Source of the DNA: Chiloscyllium plagiosum
Taxonomy: Eukaryota
Assembly (NCBI RefSeq): GCF_004010195.1
Contig: NC_057718.1
Location: forward strand, 25,944,508 to 26,008,507
Direction of reading: 5' to 3'
Length of the DNA stretch: 64,000 nt
Position 1 is the stretch's first letter, and each line of letters opens with the position of its first letter. Both the position numbers and the translations under genes were made by a program. Under the pieces are notes generated by a model that was not told the origin of the DNA, ran no database searches, and saw only the letters and a program-made list of their open reading frames with translations. Below, one piece after another: positions 48,613 to 61,495 of the stretch.

Positions 48613-50599
48613 TTACAACAAGGGCAGCAAATAAGAGATGATAATGGAGACAAATATTTACTCCAAAGCCAGGAATTATGGATATATCACTGAATTAATG
48701 GACAACATGATACTTCATTGTTATTTAATTCAATTGATCCAATTTTTTTTTGTGTGAATGGATTGTCTATCCAATTAAAGAATGTTACAGCTGGAAACAA
48801 AGCAATTTCCAAATTTGAGGGATTCAAAGATTGGGCCTAGTAAGCTCTGGTTGAATGTACAGATGTAAGTTATAGACTAATTCTCTTGGCATACTATCCT
48901 AGTTTCAGCTCCCTGTCCCTCTCACCCAAAGATGTAGCAGTGTCATGCTTTCCACTTGCCAAATTAACCGACAGTACTGGCTTTCTGAAGTGGCTGCCAT
49001 GTTCTGAAGCAGTGTGCTGTATAGATACATTAAAGATTGTATTGAACTTGCCTAACCTTGGTTTAATCAGGCTTTTAGAACTAACAGATAGTGAAAAGAC
49101 TTCCAGTTATTCATTCTCTCCTAGTGATGGATGCACAATCTACCTAGACCCATGACCATACCTTTTAAAATTGGTGAAACTCATGGGGTTAATGTGAATT
49201 AAATCCGATGTGAGTGACAAACCTGTATATACCATATATACCATATTATAAAGCAGTTTGAGTGGAAGGTTATCAAATCACAAGGTGAGTACTGAGTTCC
49301 AACGCTGTGCCTTGAGTGCAAATCCCTTAACTGGGCAGGTAGCATGCTTGGCACCCAAATGACTGAGCACCCCATGTGCCAGAATTCGACAGTTTAGTGT
49401 ACCAGCAAAGGAAGGTGACAGCCATGTTGGTGGTTGCTGCTGCCATGCCAAAGAGAACTTACAGCTTATCAAAAGGCCATGGTGGATAACTAGCTAAGAA
49501 TGGCAGCAATTTGGCCCAACTCAGGCAATGCCCAGATTTGTGCACCGATTACTGAGGTCTTAACAACTTTCACTGTCACAAAGGGAACCTTTCTTTGGTC
49601 CTATGGCAAGCCCACTGCTGTGCATTAATACACGACAGATATTTGTTTGTGTATGACAAGTTTATTTTGGTGAACCTGTTCTCAGAAGCCTCATTCCTTC
49701 ACATCCAAGGAGTTTAATGGTCCCTTAACTTCAGGCGAGTAGCTTACCATTGTCTCTCCTACCCCTCTCCCATCCCCAGCATTTCACAAATTACAAACTG
49801 CCCTTTTGTGTCAGGGTTTTAAGATACACACCAGAATTGCAATTGCCAAGTCACACCCAGCACTCCCAGCGTTCAAAAATCCAATCACAGCTAAACTTTT
49901 CATAATTAAATGAAATTGTCTTATGAATGGTCTTGTTCATTTTTGTTTTGAGTGGAATTTCTCTGATTTTCCCGAAAATATTAGTGTAATCATACAGTTT
50001 GTGAAATACATAAGAGCAGTAGGGAGTCCCAGTAATGCTGAAATGCAGAAGTTCAAGATGGGATGGAACTTGATTGCAGGAGAAATAGCCAGAGTGCTGG
50101 TTTGATGGTGTTTGTGATGGGAATGGACCCGCAATTAAATGATGGCATCCTGAGGTGGGTATGAATGAGCAGCAAAACAAAAAATCCAAAACAGAGTTGA
50201 GCATTTGAACACAATCAAGGATCTGATTGATTTGATATTTAACTGAGGTTATTCATGTCAAAGTGGTGATGAATTGCGTGAATATGATGGACAGGGGAAT
50301 CAATGCCGTGCCATTTTAGTTTTTCTATATTTATGGGTCATTGTGAATAACAGTAGAGAAGGTAGCAGTTTTTGACATTCATCTCCTGGATAGACAGACT
50401 ACTTAATCAACAAATGCCACTTTTCAATCTGCTATAGCTGTCATCTCTGGAAGTGTAAACATAGTCAGCCAGTGATCTTGCTGTATTTGCCTCAATTTTT
50501 AAAACTTCTGACAAAATAGTGATCAATTTAGAAAACTTTGAGCTCTCCTTAATAACTTGTTAGTCAAAAGCATCCACAGACCATGAAGCACCCAGAATC

Positions 50600-50760
50600 A
50601 ATCATGTTAAATTAGCTAATCTAATCTTTGGAAGGGATAGGGGCACAACAACTGGTGGTTGTGTCCTTTGGCTCGGGAGTTGAAATAATCAGTTTGAGCT
50701 TTGAATTACTCACCGGTTATTATCCAGTGAACATTGTAGATGAGTGGAAGTTGGGTGAAG
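50600..50760 (+). mobile_element. Degenerate LF-SINE-like fragment
   Basis: aattagctaatct...ggggcacaacaactgg...ataatcag...tatccagtga. Confidence 0.35.
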
Positions 50761-51552
50761 TCATGAGTGAAGCCTTCTATGTGTAAATGTTGTGCTGGCA
50801 ACTGAAGAAAAGGCCAAGCAGAGGAAGGCACTGCTAAAACCGTTGTAATCATTTATCTGGAGCCCAACATTGCAGCTAGCAGGAGAGAGTGAGAGAATAT
50901 GTAATCTGAATTTAACAGAAGCATAATTCCATTGCATGTTGATATTGCAATTCATTTTTAGTTAGGATTCCTGGCATTTGAATTTTGTATGTACAGAATT
51001 GTACATTTCTCAACATAGTAAGTGAAATTATTTCTCTGTCCACCCAATTTATGCTTTATACGATGACATCAGGAAGAAGCCCAATATTCACACTCTAAAA
51101 GCAGGTACAAGAAACACGTGGAGCGATATTTGGGTGCTTAGGAAGCCATGCCTGATCTGTTTGGGCATTGATGCTACTGTTCACTTGCTTCATGGTGAAG
51201 GCTGCCTGAAACTTGGGGAACCTCATTCTAACTTGAAATGATGCTCCTGCACTTACTTCTGACTCAACCTTATGAGATAGTTTGTACTGGATGAGCAAGT
51301 GCTTTTAGATATTGAAAAGCTGAACTCTGTCTCACCACTTCCAGAATGCATGAACAGTCCCAACTCCTGGGACACTGAGCTGATCAAATTGGTCAGGCTG
51401 TGGCAAGTAATCCGTATTGTTAAGACACCCTCATATTTAATATTGCTTGGAGGAGTTATATTTTGATGTTTTGTGAAAATATCTGCAGTGATTGCTTTAA
51501 AAAAGGTGATTGAAAGTTCACTGTGAACAATGGAAATATTGTTTTAATAAAG

Positions 51553-51877
51553 GAGTGACATGGTGGTTCAGTGGTTAGCACTGCTGCCTCACAGCATCAG
51601 GGACCTAGGTTCGATTCCATCCTTAGGTGACTGTGTGGAGTTTGCACGTTCTCCCCGTGTCTGCGTGAGTTTCCTCCGGGTGCTCTGGTTTCCTCCCACA
51701 ATCCAAAGATGTGTAGGTTAGGTGAATTGGATGCCCGGGATGTGTAGGTTAGGTGCAGTTGTCAGGGGAAATGTAGAGTAATAGTATAGGGGAATGGGTT
51801 TGGGTGGGATACTCGTCAGAGGATCAGTGTGGACTTGTTGGGCCAAAGGGCCTGTTTCCAAACCATAGGGATTCTAT
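51553..51877 (+). mobile_element. HE1-like SINE
   Basis: ggttcagtggttagcactgctgcctcacag...ggttcgattcc...gggcctgtttcca. Confidence 0.85.
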
Positions 51878-51949
51878 GAAAGGCTTTTGAGAAATCACAT
51901 GATTGGTGATAACAACTGCTGGGGAACTCTGCTGGGGAATGTTTTGAAT

Positions 51950-52335
51950 GGTGATCTCATTGAGAGATGCAGGATTACTAAGGAGCTTGATAGGGTAAAT
52001 GCTGAGAGAATGTTTCCCCTCATGGGAGAGTCTAGGATCAGAGCACATAGTCTCAGAATAAAGGGGCAGCAATTAAAGACACAGGTGAGTAGGAATTTCT
52101 TTTTTCAGAAGGTTGTGAGTGTTTGGAATTCTTTGCTACAGGGAGCAATGGGATAGAGTCCTTGTTTACATTTAAGGCTAAGAGAGATAGATTGTTGATC
52201 TGTAGGAGAATCAAGGATTCCAGGGAAAGGGCAGGAAAGTGAATGTGAGGAATGTCGGATCAGCAATGACCCTAACGAGTGGGTAGTAGGCTCAAGGAAC
52301 CAAATGGCCTACTCCTGTTCCTATTCCTAACGGTC
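51950..52335 (+). mobile_element. CR1 3' end
   Basis: GDLIE...LDRVNAERMFPLMGESRIRAHSLRIKG...FFQKVVSVWNSL. Confidence 0.8.
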
Positions 52336-52559
52336 AGTGACTGAATTGGAGGGGTTTCGTGACAATATATTCATTGTCTGTTTTGAACCATGGAGTAGAG
52401 TGGTAGTGCACTCTTCCAGCCTTAATCACAATGGCATGAAAGAGCTTGATCAGAAACTGAATGAGAGTGGCAAGACCTGTGGTTAAGTTTGAGATATGAT
52501 CTGCAGGTCTGTCTGTTTTGACGTATAATCATTGGAGTTGCACCTGGTTTGGATAACTA

Positions 52560-52890
52560 ATGGGGAGGTGATGGCCTGCAGGACTGTTAACCCAGAGACC
52601 CAGGAAATGTTCTGTGGACCTGGATATGAATCCCACCATGGCAGTTGGTGGAATTTAAATTCGATAAAAATCTGGAATTAAGACTTTAGTGATGACCACA
52701 AATCCATTCCGGATTATCAAGGAAAGCCCATCTGCTTCACTAATGTCCTCTAGTGAAGGAAACTTTACGGTCAGGCCTACATGTGACTGCAAACCCACAG
52801 CAATGTGGTTAACTCTTAACTGCCCTCTGGGGAATTAGGGGTGGGCAATAAATGCTGGCTTAATCAGCCAGGCCCTCATCCTGTGAACAA
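52560..52890 (+). mobile_element. tRNA-derived SINE (family not assigned)
   Basis: ggggaggtgatggcct...gaatcccaccatggcag...ggcctacatgtgactgc...gggcaataaatgctggc. Confidence 0.6.
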
Positions 52891-52949
52891 AGTTTTTTTG
52901 AAAATTAGGTCATACTATCTTAAGTAAAGCAGTTAGGTATAAATTTTCA

Positions 52950-53075
52950 TGTGGAGAATGTGAAGACTGCAGTTGCCGGACAATCAGAGTCGAAGAGTGT
53001 GGTGCTGGAAAAGCACAGCAGGTCAGGCAGCATCCAAGAAGTAGGAGAGTCAACATTTTGGAGATTGCAGCATTC
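52950..53075 (-). mobile_element. Single-arm family-A Penelope fragment
   Basis: gtgtggtgctggaaaagcacagcaggtcaggcagcatcc. Confidence 0.75.
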
Positions 53076-54989
53076 TGGAGGGAAGATTGGTACAGTTGAA
53101 TCTGTTGAGAGTGCGCTACTTGGCCACCATCCAGTCCCAGTAGAAAGATTTGGATGTCATTTTGGGATGCTGACCTCATTTACATCAAATCGGTGAACAA
53201 CTGCATAGCAAAAGTGTGTCCTGATGTGACAAATTGGATTAAAGCTGGTAAACTTTGGTTCACTCTGGCTGAATGTAAGGTGAGCAAGGATGCTATGATA
53301 GGCAGAGAATTGCAATGGCATCCTTTGGTAATTGAAGTCCAATATAATTTTGTGGGACACTGCAAAGCGTATCTCTGAGGCTGTTCAGCTCACCACCTGC
53401 AGAACTGTGCAGAAGATGCTCTGATCAGTTATTTTCCCAAGTGACAATGGATCCAATGCACATTACAATACCAAGAGGGCTGTATTTGCTAACTCAAGCA
53501 GACAAGACAGCTGGCCAAATTTGGGTCCTTTTCACAATTATCATTGAATAGATTATAGTAGACCAAATTTAACTTATATTATTACCTGTTTATACCTGTG
53601 GTGTCAGTTACGATTAGCTCCTATATGTCATTCTAGGTAACTGTTTTGAAATGAAATTAATTTGTATTTGCATGGAAAAACTAACATCTTTATATATTCA
53701 TTTATGAGGGGGTATAGGAAGCTGCACGAACGGAACTCTGAAAGACTGCTATCTCTGTTAATCTTGGATGAGTAAAGTCCTGTCCACTATAATTTTCTTT
53801 CAGTGCCCCCTTTGGCATCTGCAGGATTTAGCGCACAATTTCTAGTTTAAATTAGTATTTGATACATGTGCTAATAATGTGATTACAAAAGACAAATTGT
53901 GTAATTTTCAACTAATCTTTTGTGACAGGAATCCTGACCAATTCATGACCTCACAAACATGAAGTTCTGCTCCAAAAAGTAATAGACAGATATATAACAG
54001 CTACCTGATGTGGCGAAAGGGCTAAGTGACATTGTTAGATATTTATTGCTGGAACAAGTAGTTTTCCTGCCATGTATGCTGGATTGCTACTGAGGGAGTG
54101 TTTCAATGCAGTGAATGCCTGAAACATATGTTTTAAATGAAGAACAGGCTGAAAGGATTTATTTATCCTTAGTGTCGTTAATGGATAGCAGTCTCTTAAT
54201 ATTTAACTGTGAATCTATTTTTATACTATATTTGTAAGCAAATCATTTGTGTATTAAATCATGCTTCATGGCTTTTAATAGAGATTACTCTAATCTAAAT
54301 GCGTTTAGTACCCTGCATTGCAATATTTCAGAGGTTGCTCCCTTAAACCTTTCCTAAGTAGGAGTACCAGCTTCTTCACAAGTACACTGTGACTTCTAAT
54401 AGTTTCTCGTTTGTTTGCCATTCTGATCGCGAAGTCAATTTTACAAACTCAGTATCCTTTGTGGAGTCATTAGTTACGATCTGAGATCAACTAACAGGAT
54501 GTGTCATGAGAAAGTTGTCATCATCCTGTCCAATGAGCAATTAGAGAAACAGAGATTTTGGATTTGGAAGGCAGAGAAGAAGTTTGCTTTATTTATGGAG
54601 TACTTATTTCAATGAAGTAAGAGCCAGCACCATTCTTTTTGTTACTTGATAGTTCATGCTTACTTGACAGTTCATTAAAGTGCAAAGGAAGTCTCCCAGT
54701 GGGAGTTGGGTAGAATTAAACTGAAGGGAGAGTTGCTGTCAGGCTGCTTCCTGCTTCCGGAGGAGAATGCTCAGATTCCAGATAGAGAGCTGAGATCAGG
54801 ATCAGCCACTGTCAGCATCACTTATAGTCCGCTCATTGGTTGGGGGGGTGGGGTGGGAGGTATTGTGGGTGTGGGAATCAGTTGGCTCATGCCCTGTATT
54901 GGTTAGCAAGTGGGACTTGACGCTGTGTAAAGACTTCAGAAAAAATAATGTCAGTGGACCCGAATTTTCTCAGATCTCACGGAAGAGTA

Positions 54990-55150
54990 GAATCATAGAA
55001 TCACAGAATCCCTACAGTGAGGAAGAGGCCATTCAGTCCATTGAGTGTGCACCAACTCTGAAGAGCACCCCAGCCAACATCCTCCACACCCTATCTCCAT
55101 AACCCTACATTCACCATGGCTAATCCACCTGGCCAGCACATCTTTGGTCC
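54990..55150 (-). mobile_element. HE1-like SINE 3' part
   Basis: agaatcatagaatcacagaatccctacagtgaggaagaggccattc. Confidence 0.65.
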
Positions 55151-56386
55151 TTCTCCTTCTCTTGACCCCACCAGAACAGGGATGATCAGGCATGCCTTTT
55201 GTGTGTCCTGAGAGGTCTCTATTCATCCCTTTAAAGTAATTGGCCACACTCTCTTCCTCGTACGTAGGGGCAGGCACACTGCACCTATTTGAACCACAAA
55301 TGCTGCAATTAGAATCCTATGTATGAATGTCATGGTCCTCTGATTCATTTAATATGTGTCCTCACAGCTTTTGGTTGGCATACCCAGGACTCTGAGAAAG
55401 TTGGTGATGGCAGAACACCAGTAGAAACAGAGCAGTATATGTTACTTGGACTAACATGTAGAAAGCCACAAAATGAATCAATGAGCAGAGTTAAAATTGA
55501 TCCTCTCATGCGTAAATGCTATGAAAGAGATTCTCCATTGTGAATCAACCCCTTCATTAATACATAGGCACTTGTCCTTTATAGATTATTACGCCAATCG
55601 CACTTGTAGTGTAAATCCACCAAAAAGGAAAAGAAATGTAGAATCTGAAATGAAGTAATTCACATTATGGACTGAATAGTCACCAAGTATATGAAAAATA
55701 TTGAAAGTTGACATTCAGTCTGGCAGTATTGTGACAATTAGACACAAGATGGAGAGTATTTTCAACAGTAAAGATAATTTGGTTGATCATGGAGCCTCTG
55801 GTTATGGATTAATGATTTGAGTATTTCCATTTTGATGTTCTGGATGCACATTACAACTGAAGAGCGATTGCATTTATATTGTAAGTTGCTATAGTCCATA
55901 TTTATCAAACACATCATATTCCCTGCAACTGAAGAATATTTTCAGTGGCAAAAAACAAGTGATTAGACTGCCACTCTGGCATGACATTGATATTAAATCA
56001 TTGGATTCAATCCAAATAAATTAGTTTAAGATGAAGCAAAAATGGATTCCAGTCTATTACACTAACACACAAGCACATTTATCATGTGCGTTTCCTGTAC
56101 TCGGTGATTCCCATCTCAGAGCTGTCGAGGTATTATTGCATGCATTTGTTTTTCTCTTGCTATTAATTGTATGATTATTCAAATGCCCAAAACTGGCAGG
56201 AGTAATATCTATTTTTCAATTCGCTCAGGTTTTTCACAGTGGCCTCTACTATGCAGAGTTCATGTCTTTGTTGTAATGCAGCCTTCTTTGGTGAGTCTGC
56301 AGGTGGGTGAGGAACAAATAATTTGTGCAGGAGCTGTCTGTCTTGCCCTTTATTGTAAAAGCGAGGTTAAACTACATCAATATCTG

Positions 56387-56683
56387 ATTAGATTACATTA
56401 CTTACAGTGTGGAAACCGGCCCTTCGGCCCAACAAGTCCACACCAGCCCTCCGAAGAGCAACCCACCCAGACCCATTCCCCTACATTTACCCCTTCACCT
56501 AATACTACAGGCAATTTAGCATGGCCAATTCACCTAACCTGTACATCTTTGGACTGTGAGAGGAAACCAGAGCACCCGGAGGAAACCCACGCAAACGCGG
56601 GGAGAATGTGCAAACTCCACACAGACAGTCGCCTGAGGCGGGAATTGAACTCGGGTCTCTGGCGCTGTGAGGCAGCAGTGCTA
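56387..56683 (-). mobile_element. HE1-like SINE, young
   Basis: attagattac...acagtgtggaaaccggcccttcggccc...gtgaggcagcagtgctaa. Confidence 0.88.
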
Positions 56684-56812
56684 AAGCCTGCTGGGGTTCA
56701 GGAAGGAGGCAAGAAGGTTTCAGAATGGTTGTGTCCAACACTCTGAGCCTCAGTCTTTTACCAAGATTCCTTTAAAGTGTTCCTTTTCAAAAGCCTGAAG
56801 ACAGTCTTTTTT

Positions 56813-58517
56813 CAAGATGGCCTTGAAATAAGACTCTCCAGCCAAAGCTCGTCCACTTAGACTGTTTCCTTTCTTTTTCCTTCTTTCTTCTCGGTGATAT
56901 CCTGAACTCCTGCCCTCTGCAAGGATCTGGAGTCTTGGCCTCTTTCGGCCCGACGTGTCATCCTCTGGGCCATGCATGACAGTGCCTCTCTCGGCCCAGT
57001 GTCGCAGTCTCCCTCGGCCTGGCGAGGCAGTTTGTCTTGGCCCGGTGTGGCGGTCTCTCTTTCGGCCCGGTGTGGCGGTCTCTCTCGGCCCGGTGTGGTG
57101 GTCTCTCTTGGCCCGGTGTGGTGGTCTCTCTCGGCCCGGTGTGGTGGTCTCTCCCGGCCCGGTGTGGCGGTCTCTCTCTCGGCCCGGTGTGGCGGTCTCT
57201 CTCGGCCCGGTGTGGCGGTCTCTCCCGGCCCGGTGTGGCGGTCTCTCTCGGCCCGGTGTGGCGGTCTCTCTCGGCCCGGTGTGGCGGTCTCTCTCGGCCC
57301 GGTGTGGCGGTCTCTCTCGGCCCGGTGTGGCGGTCTCTCTCGGCCCGGTGTGGCGGTCTCTCTCGGCCCGGTGTGGCGGTCTCTCTCGGCCCGGTGTGGC
57401 GGTCTCTCTCGGCCCGGTGTGGCGGTCTCTCTCGGCCCGGTGTGGCGGTCTCTCTCGGCCCGGTGTGGCGGTCTCTCTCGGCCCGGTGTGGCGGTCTCTC
57501 TCGGCCCGGTGTGGCGGTCTCTCTCTCGGCCCGGTGTGGTGGTCTCTCTCGGCCCGGTGTCGCAGTCTCCCTCGGCCTGGCGAGGCAGTGTGTCTCGGCC
57601 CGGTGTGGTGGTCTCTCTCGGCCCGGTGTCGCAGTCTCCCTCGGCCTGGCGAGGCAGTGTGTCTCGGCCCGGTGTGGTGGTCTCTCTCGGCCCGGTGTCG
57701 CAGTCTCCCTCGGCCTGGCGAGGCAGTGTGTCTCGGCCCGGTGTGGTGGTCTCTCTCGGCCCGGTGTCGCAGTCTCCCTCGGCCTGGCGAGGCAGTGTGT
57801 CTCGGCCCGGTGTGGTGGTCTCTCTCGGCCCGGTGTCGCAGTCTCCCTCGGCCTGGCGAGGCAGTGTGTCTCGGCCCGGTGTGGTGGTCTCTCTCGGCCC
57901 GGTGTCGCAGTCTCCCTCGGCCTGGCGAGGCAGTGTGTCTCGGCCCGGTGTGGTGGTCTCTCTCGGCCCGGTGTCGCAGTCTCCCTCGGCCTGGCGAGGC
58001 AGTGTGTCTCGGCCCGGTGTGGTGGTCTCTCTCGGCCCGGTGTCGCAGTCTCCCTCGGCCTGGCGACGGGCTCTCTCTCGGCCCGGTGTGGTGGTCTCTC
58101 TCGGCGCGGTGTGGTGGTCTCTCTCTCGGCCCGGTGTGGTGGTCTCTCTCTCGGCCCGGTGTGGTGGTCTCTCTCTCGGCCCGGTGTGGCGGTCTCTCTC
58201 GGCCCAGTGTGGAGGTCTCTCTCGGCCCGGTGTGGACCTGACTTGGAGGTGAAGCCTGGCGTAGTCTGGAGGGTTGGTGTCAGCATGAACTGTGTTGAAA
58301 GGACTGTTGTTCTGAACCTTTACTTCTTTATTTTGCTAATTTATTCCTGTGATCTGTAATGCTGGACCCTCATTTTTTTATTTTTCTATTTTTTTTCCCG
58401 AAGAATTTGCACTTAAGAATCTGTACCTAAGATGGTGCTGTAAGTGGCGACTTGTAAACCTTTCACTGCACTCATGTGAGTATGTGTGACAATAAAGATA
58501 ATTCTAAAATTCTAAAG
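56813..58517 (+). mobile_element. Non-coding retroelement with Rex1-like tail hosting the minisatellite
   Basis: 5' aagatggc plus T-rich tract; 3' ctgtacctaagatgg...tttcactgcactc...tgtgacaataaa plus (aattcta) repeats. Confidence 0.55.
56985..58235. repeat. GC/CpG-rich minisatellite: 23-bp monomer with a 69-bp (3x23) higher-order block
   Basis: Monomer ggcccggtgtggcggtctctctc; variant ggcctggcgaggcagtgtg recurs at 57574, 57643, 57712, 57781, 57850, 57919 and 57988 (period 69). Confidence 0.97.
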
Positions 58518-59329
58518 TCTACTTTTAAATATTGTCAAAGAATGAGAACATTGAGAGAAATACCTGAAGCCATGGCTTTGATTAAAGTGAGGTTTGGGCC
58601 GTGTGATGAGTCTATAAGCTGAATTTTCAGGACACATTTGAGGACAAGGATGGAGACAGGAAAACCGAAAACCCCGGTGTCAGGTACCCTGTCCCAGCAG
58701 CAACATGAATGGGGAAGTGGAGGGTAGAAATTCTTTCTCAATCCAAATCAGGGCAATAAGACTGGTTCAGAAGCTTCTTGAAGGTGTCGATTGAAGATGG
58801 GATAATTAAAGGGTCAGGGATGATTTCGAAGCTGCAAAGGGCACTAGTGCTGAGGAGAGGGGGTGCCAGTATTGACTGTGCCAGGTCACCCCCCTGCCTG
58901 ATAAGAGGGGCACTGGGGCAAACAAGGATTCAACACTTGGTATGAAGACACTCTTGGTTCTGTACTGGTGGCAGAAAGAGCATCCATTCAGTAACAGGAC
59001 TTTGAACATGCTCCAGACCACCCAGGTACTGAGGGGCAGGAAAGCAGGGGCAAGGCTATTGAGAGCAATGTGGTAGCCGGTTACATGGAAGGAAGGCTAC
59101 ATCTGGCATTGATTTTGTAATGTGTCGTAATGAGAGAGCAGTAGTCTTTACGGGAAGAGCAGAAGGTTGCACATCGAAAGGGCATGGGAGAGGAAAGAAG
59201 GGCAGAAAGAAAGGCAAAACAACTCAGTCTGGTAACACAGGATCAACCGAGAAGACTGAGTTATCTAGAAACTAGTGCTGCAGCAGATGAACTGTCCAGG
59301 GAGAGGGTCCTAGTCAGTAACCCCTCTGC

Positions 59330-59980
59330 CTTGATTGCCATACTGTACCATTGGTTGTCAAAGTCACTACGGCATTGAATGTCTTCACTTCAGAATCCTT
59401 CCACAAATTAGTTATAAACCCAAGTGATGTGTCAAAAACAACTGCAGAACTCTGCAGTTCACTGGGCACCGATGCCCTCATTGCCAGAGCTGGACAAAGC
59501 ATTTCCTCAATGACAGAGGTGACAACTCAGAGACTAAAGGCATGATGCTTCAAGTCCATCAAAGTGTGGAGTGTTATCAGTTTCACCGACATGGATATCA
59601 ACGCACTCCCAGTGACTAGTTGGTTAGATTCACCAACAGGAAGGACTTTTACACTGTTAAACACTCAGTGGGTGTGTGACCACATCAGGAGCTGCCTCCA
59701 GGTCTGTGAAAGTTTTCCTGATTACTGCCATGATTCTTTCATCCTCTGTCAATCTAAGCTGCCTCAGGTTTCACATCTTCACTGTGCTGGTGCCCCAGAC
59801 AGAGGAATTGAGATGATACCAGTGTCACCTTTCAGCAGGATAAGCCATTTAACAGACAGTTGGGCTTCTGAAGATGAAATTCCAGTATCTGGGCTAGTCA
59901 GGTGAAACCCTTCTGCAAGGCACTTTTGTCATTGTGCCATCCTGAACATGGTCCTTCACAGAAGTTGAGCATGTTGAGAC
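59330..59980 (+). pseudogene. Decayed PIF/Harbinger transposase (HARBI1-like)
   Basis: VVKVTTALNVFTSESFH; DALIARAGQSI; LNTQWVCDH; VCESFPDYCHDSFILCQSKLPQ; AI*QTVGLLKMKFQYL. Confidence 0.8.
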
Positions 59981-61495
59981 CCAGGAAGTAGACAGCTCAT
60001 CAGGTTAGATAAGGAACTGGAGATAAAAGAGGAGGAATTGGAGGTAGAATACGATGATGCTAACAGAGGGGTGCCTTAGGATGTGGAAGAAAGCGAAATG
60101 TTGCCTTGTCCCGTGTACCAGACCTCTAGCCTGTCTATGACATCTCTGATTCTATTCAAGGTGCTGAAACAAATGACACATCTTTCCCTCTGGATCACCA
60201 GAAGCTTCAGATTGGGGAATCAAGAATTCAATACTTTCGCTGATTTATCTCTGTACCCACCTCCACTGACTCTCAGTGGACAATAAACCCGTCTCCATAA
60301 CAAATAAAGGCTTATCCCTGTGAAAATCTGCATTTCAATCAGTTTTGCAACTGAGGTGGATTTCTGACCCAAAATCAAAAGATCCAGCTTCTGTGTCTTG
60401 TCTCTGCTGTGAAAGTTCTATATTTAACATTCGGCATTTCGAATTAATAGAATGGCCTATTAGGAAATAAATTCAAACAAGCTCTGAATAGTGTAATATT
60501 GAGGGAGATACAAGAGTTGTGACTGAGGGAGGTTGAAAGCTGTGCCCTGTGCCATGATCAGTTGAATGACAGAGAGCCTAGAAATGCTCCTCAGGGATGG
60601 GAATAATATCATCTTGAACAGACTTTATATATTGACCTTACATTGGTAAATGCTGAATAAACTTTTTCTGTATCTCTTGTTCTGTAAAACAAAATATGCA
60701 TTCTTATTTCAGATTTAGCTGTGTGTCACATGCTCCCAATTGGTTGAATGTGATTTTTCCCTAAACAAATGTGGAAAAGCCATTAATTTGGATTAAGTAA
60801 TGTATGTAGCATCAAGAAGTGAGAATTTAGTGCTAAATAATTTCACACAATCAGATAATTTAGAAGTAAATTTGAATGACAAGACTGTGTTGAGTTTTCT
60901 TCAATCCTGCTGTAAGGAAGCAAAGACTAGTTTCATTTGCAGTTACGTTTGAAGTTCTACTATGACAATTCATCGCTTTGTTACGATCAATTTGTCTGAG
61001 TCCCGTAAATTAAAGGCAAGGCTGCTTAGTAATTTGTCCAAATATGTGTCCGACTGGCAGCAATTTGAATTGATCAGAATGTTATTTAAATTCATGAAAC
61101 CCTCATTACTGATTTGGTCCTGCTTATCAATTTACCTTTCTCAAATCACTTGAGTTTTAATCCCATGGTTTTAAAGGGAGATTATTCATTTAGAATTTCT
61201 GAAACAAATCAGCTATAGGCCAGACAACATCAGTAGTTTGTGTGAGTAAATATCAGAGTAGAAGCAAGTTTTGAAAAACATACTGGTTTAAGGAATAATA
61301 TTTAAAGCGATTTACAATTTACTCTTAAACAATGAACTGGCAGACTACAATAAAATGTAATAAATCATTGTATTGGCCATAAATGAATGATGTTTTATTT
61401 CCTAATCTTTGTCATAAATCAAGTGAGATTATGAGTGAGACCAGGTCCGACTCAACAAATCATGGCCTCAGTGAGTCTTGCTTTCATTCAACATT

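Noticed and set aside
54494..54530. Hairpin acaggatg...catcctgt as a possible miRNA or ncRNA
   Set aside because: Only 8 perfect base pairs; too short for a pre-miRNA and expected by chance in 64 kb
56171..56746. 191-aa ORF, or an exon candidate near ttttcacag (about 56240) and gtgagt (about 56291)
   Set aside because: No resemblance to the expected next ALK exon in the frames I read; the ORF runs into an antisense SINE
56955..58359. Four overlapping ORFs of 426-442 aa on both strands
   Set aside because: Artefact of a stop-free 23-bp minisatellite; the 23-aa periodicity simply equals 69 nt; no splice or domain support
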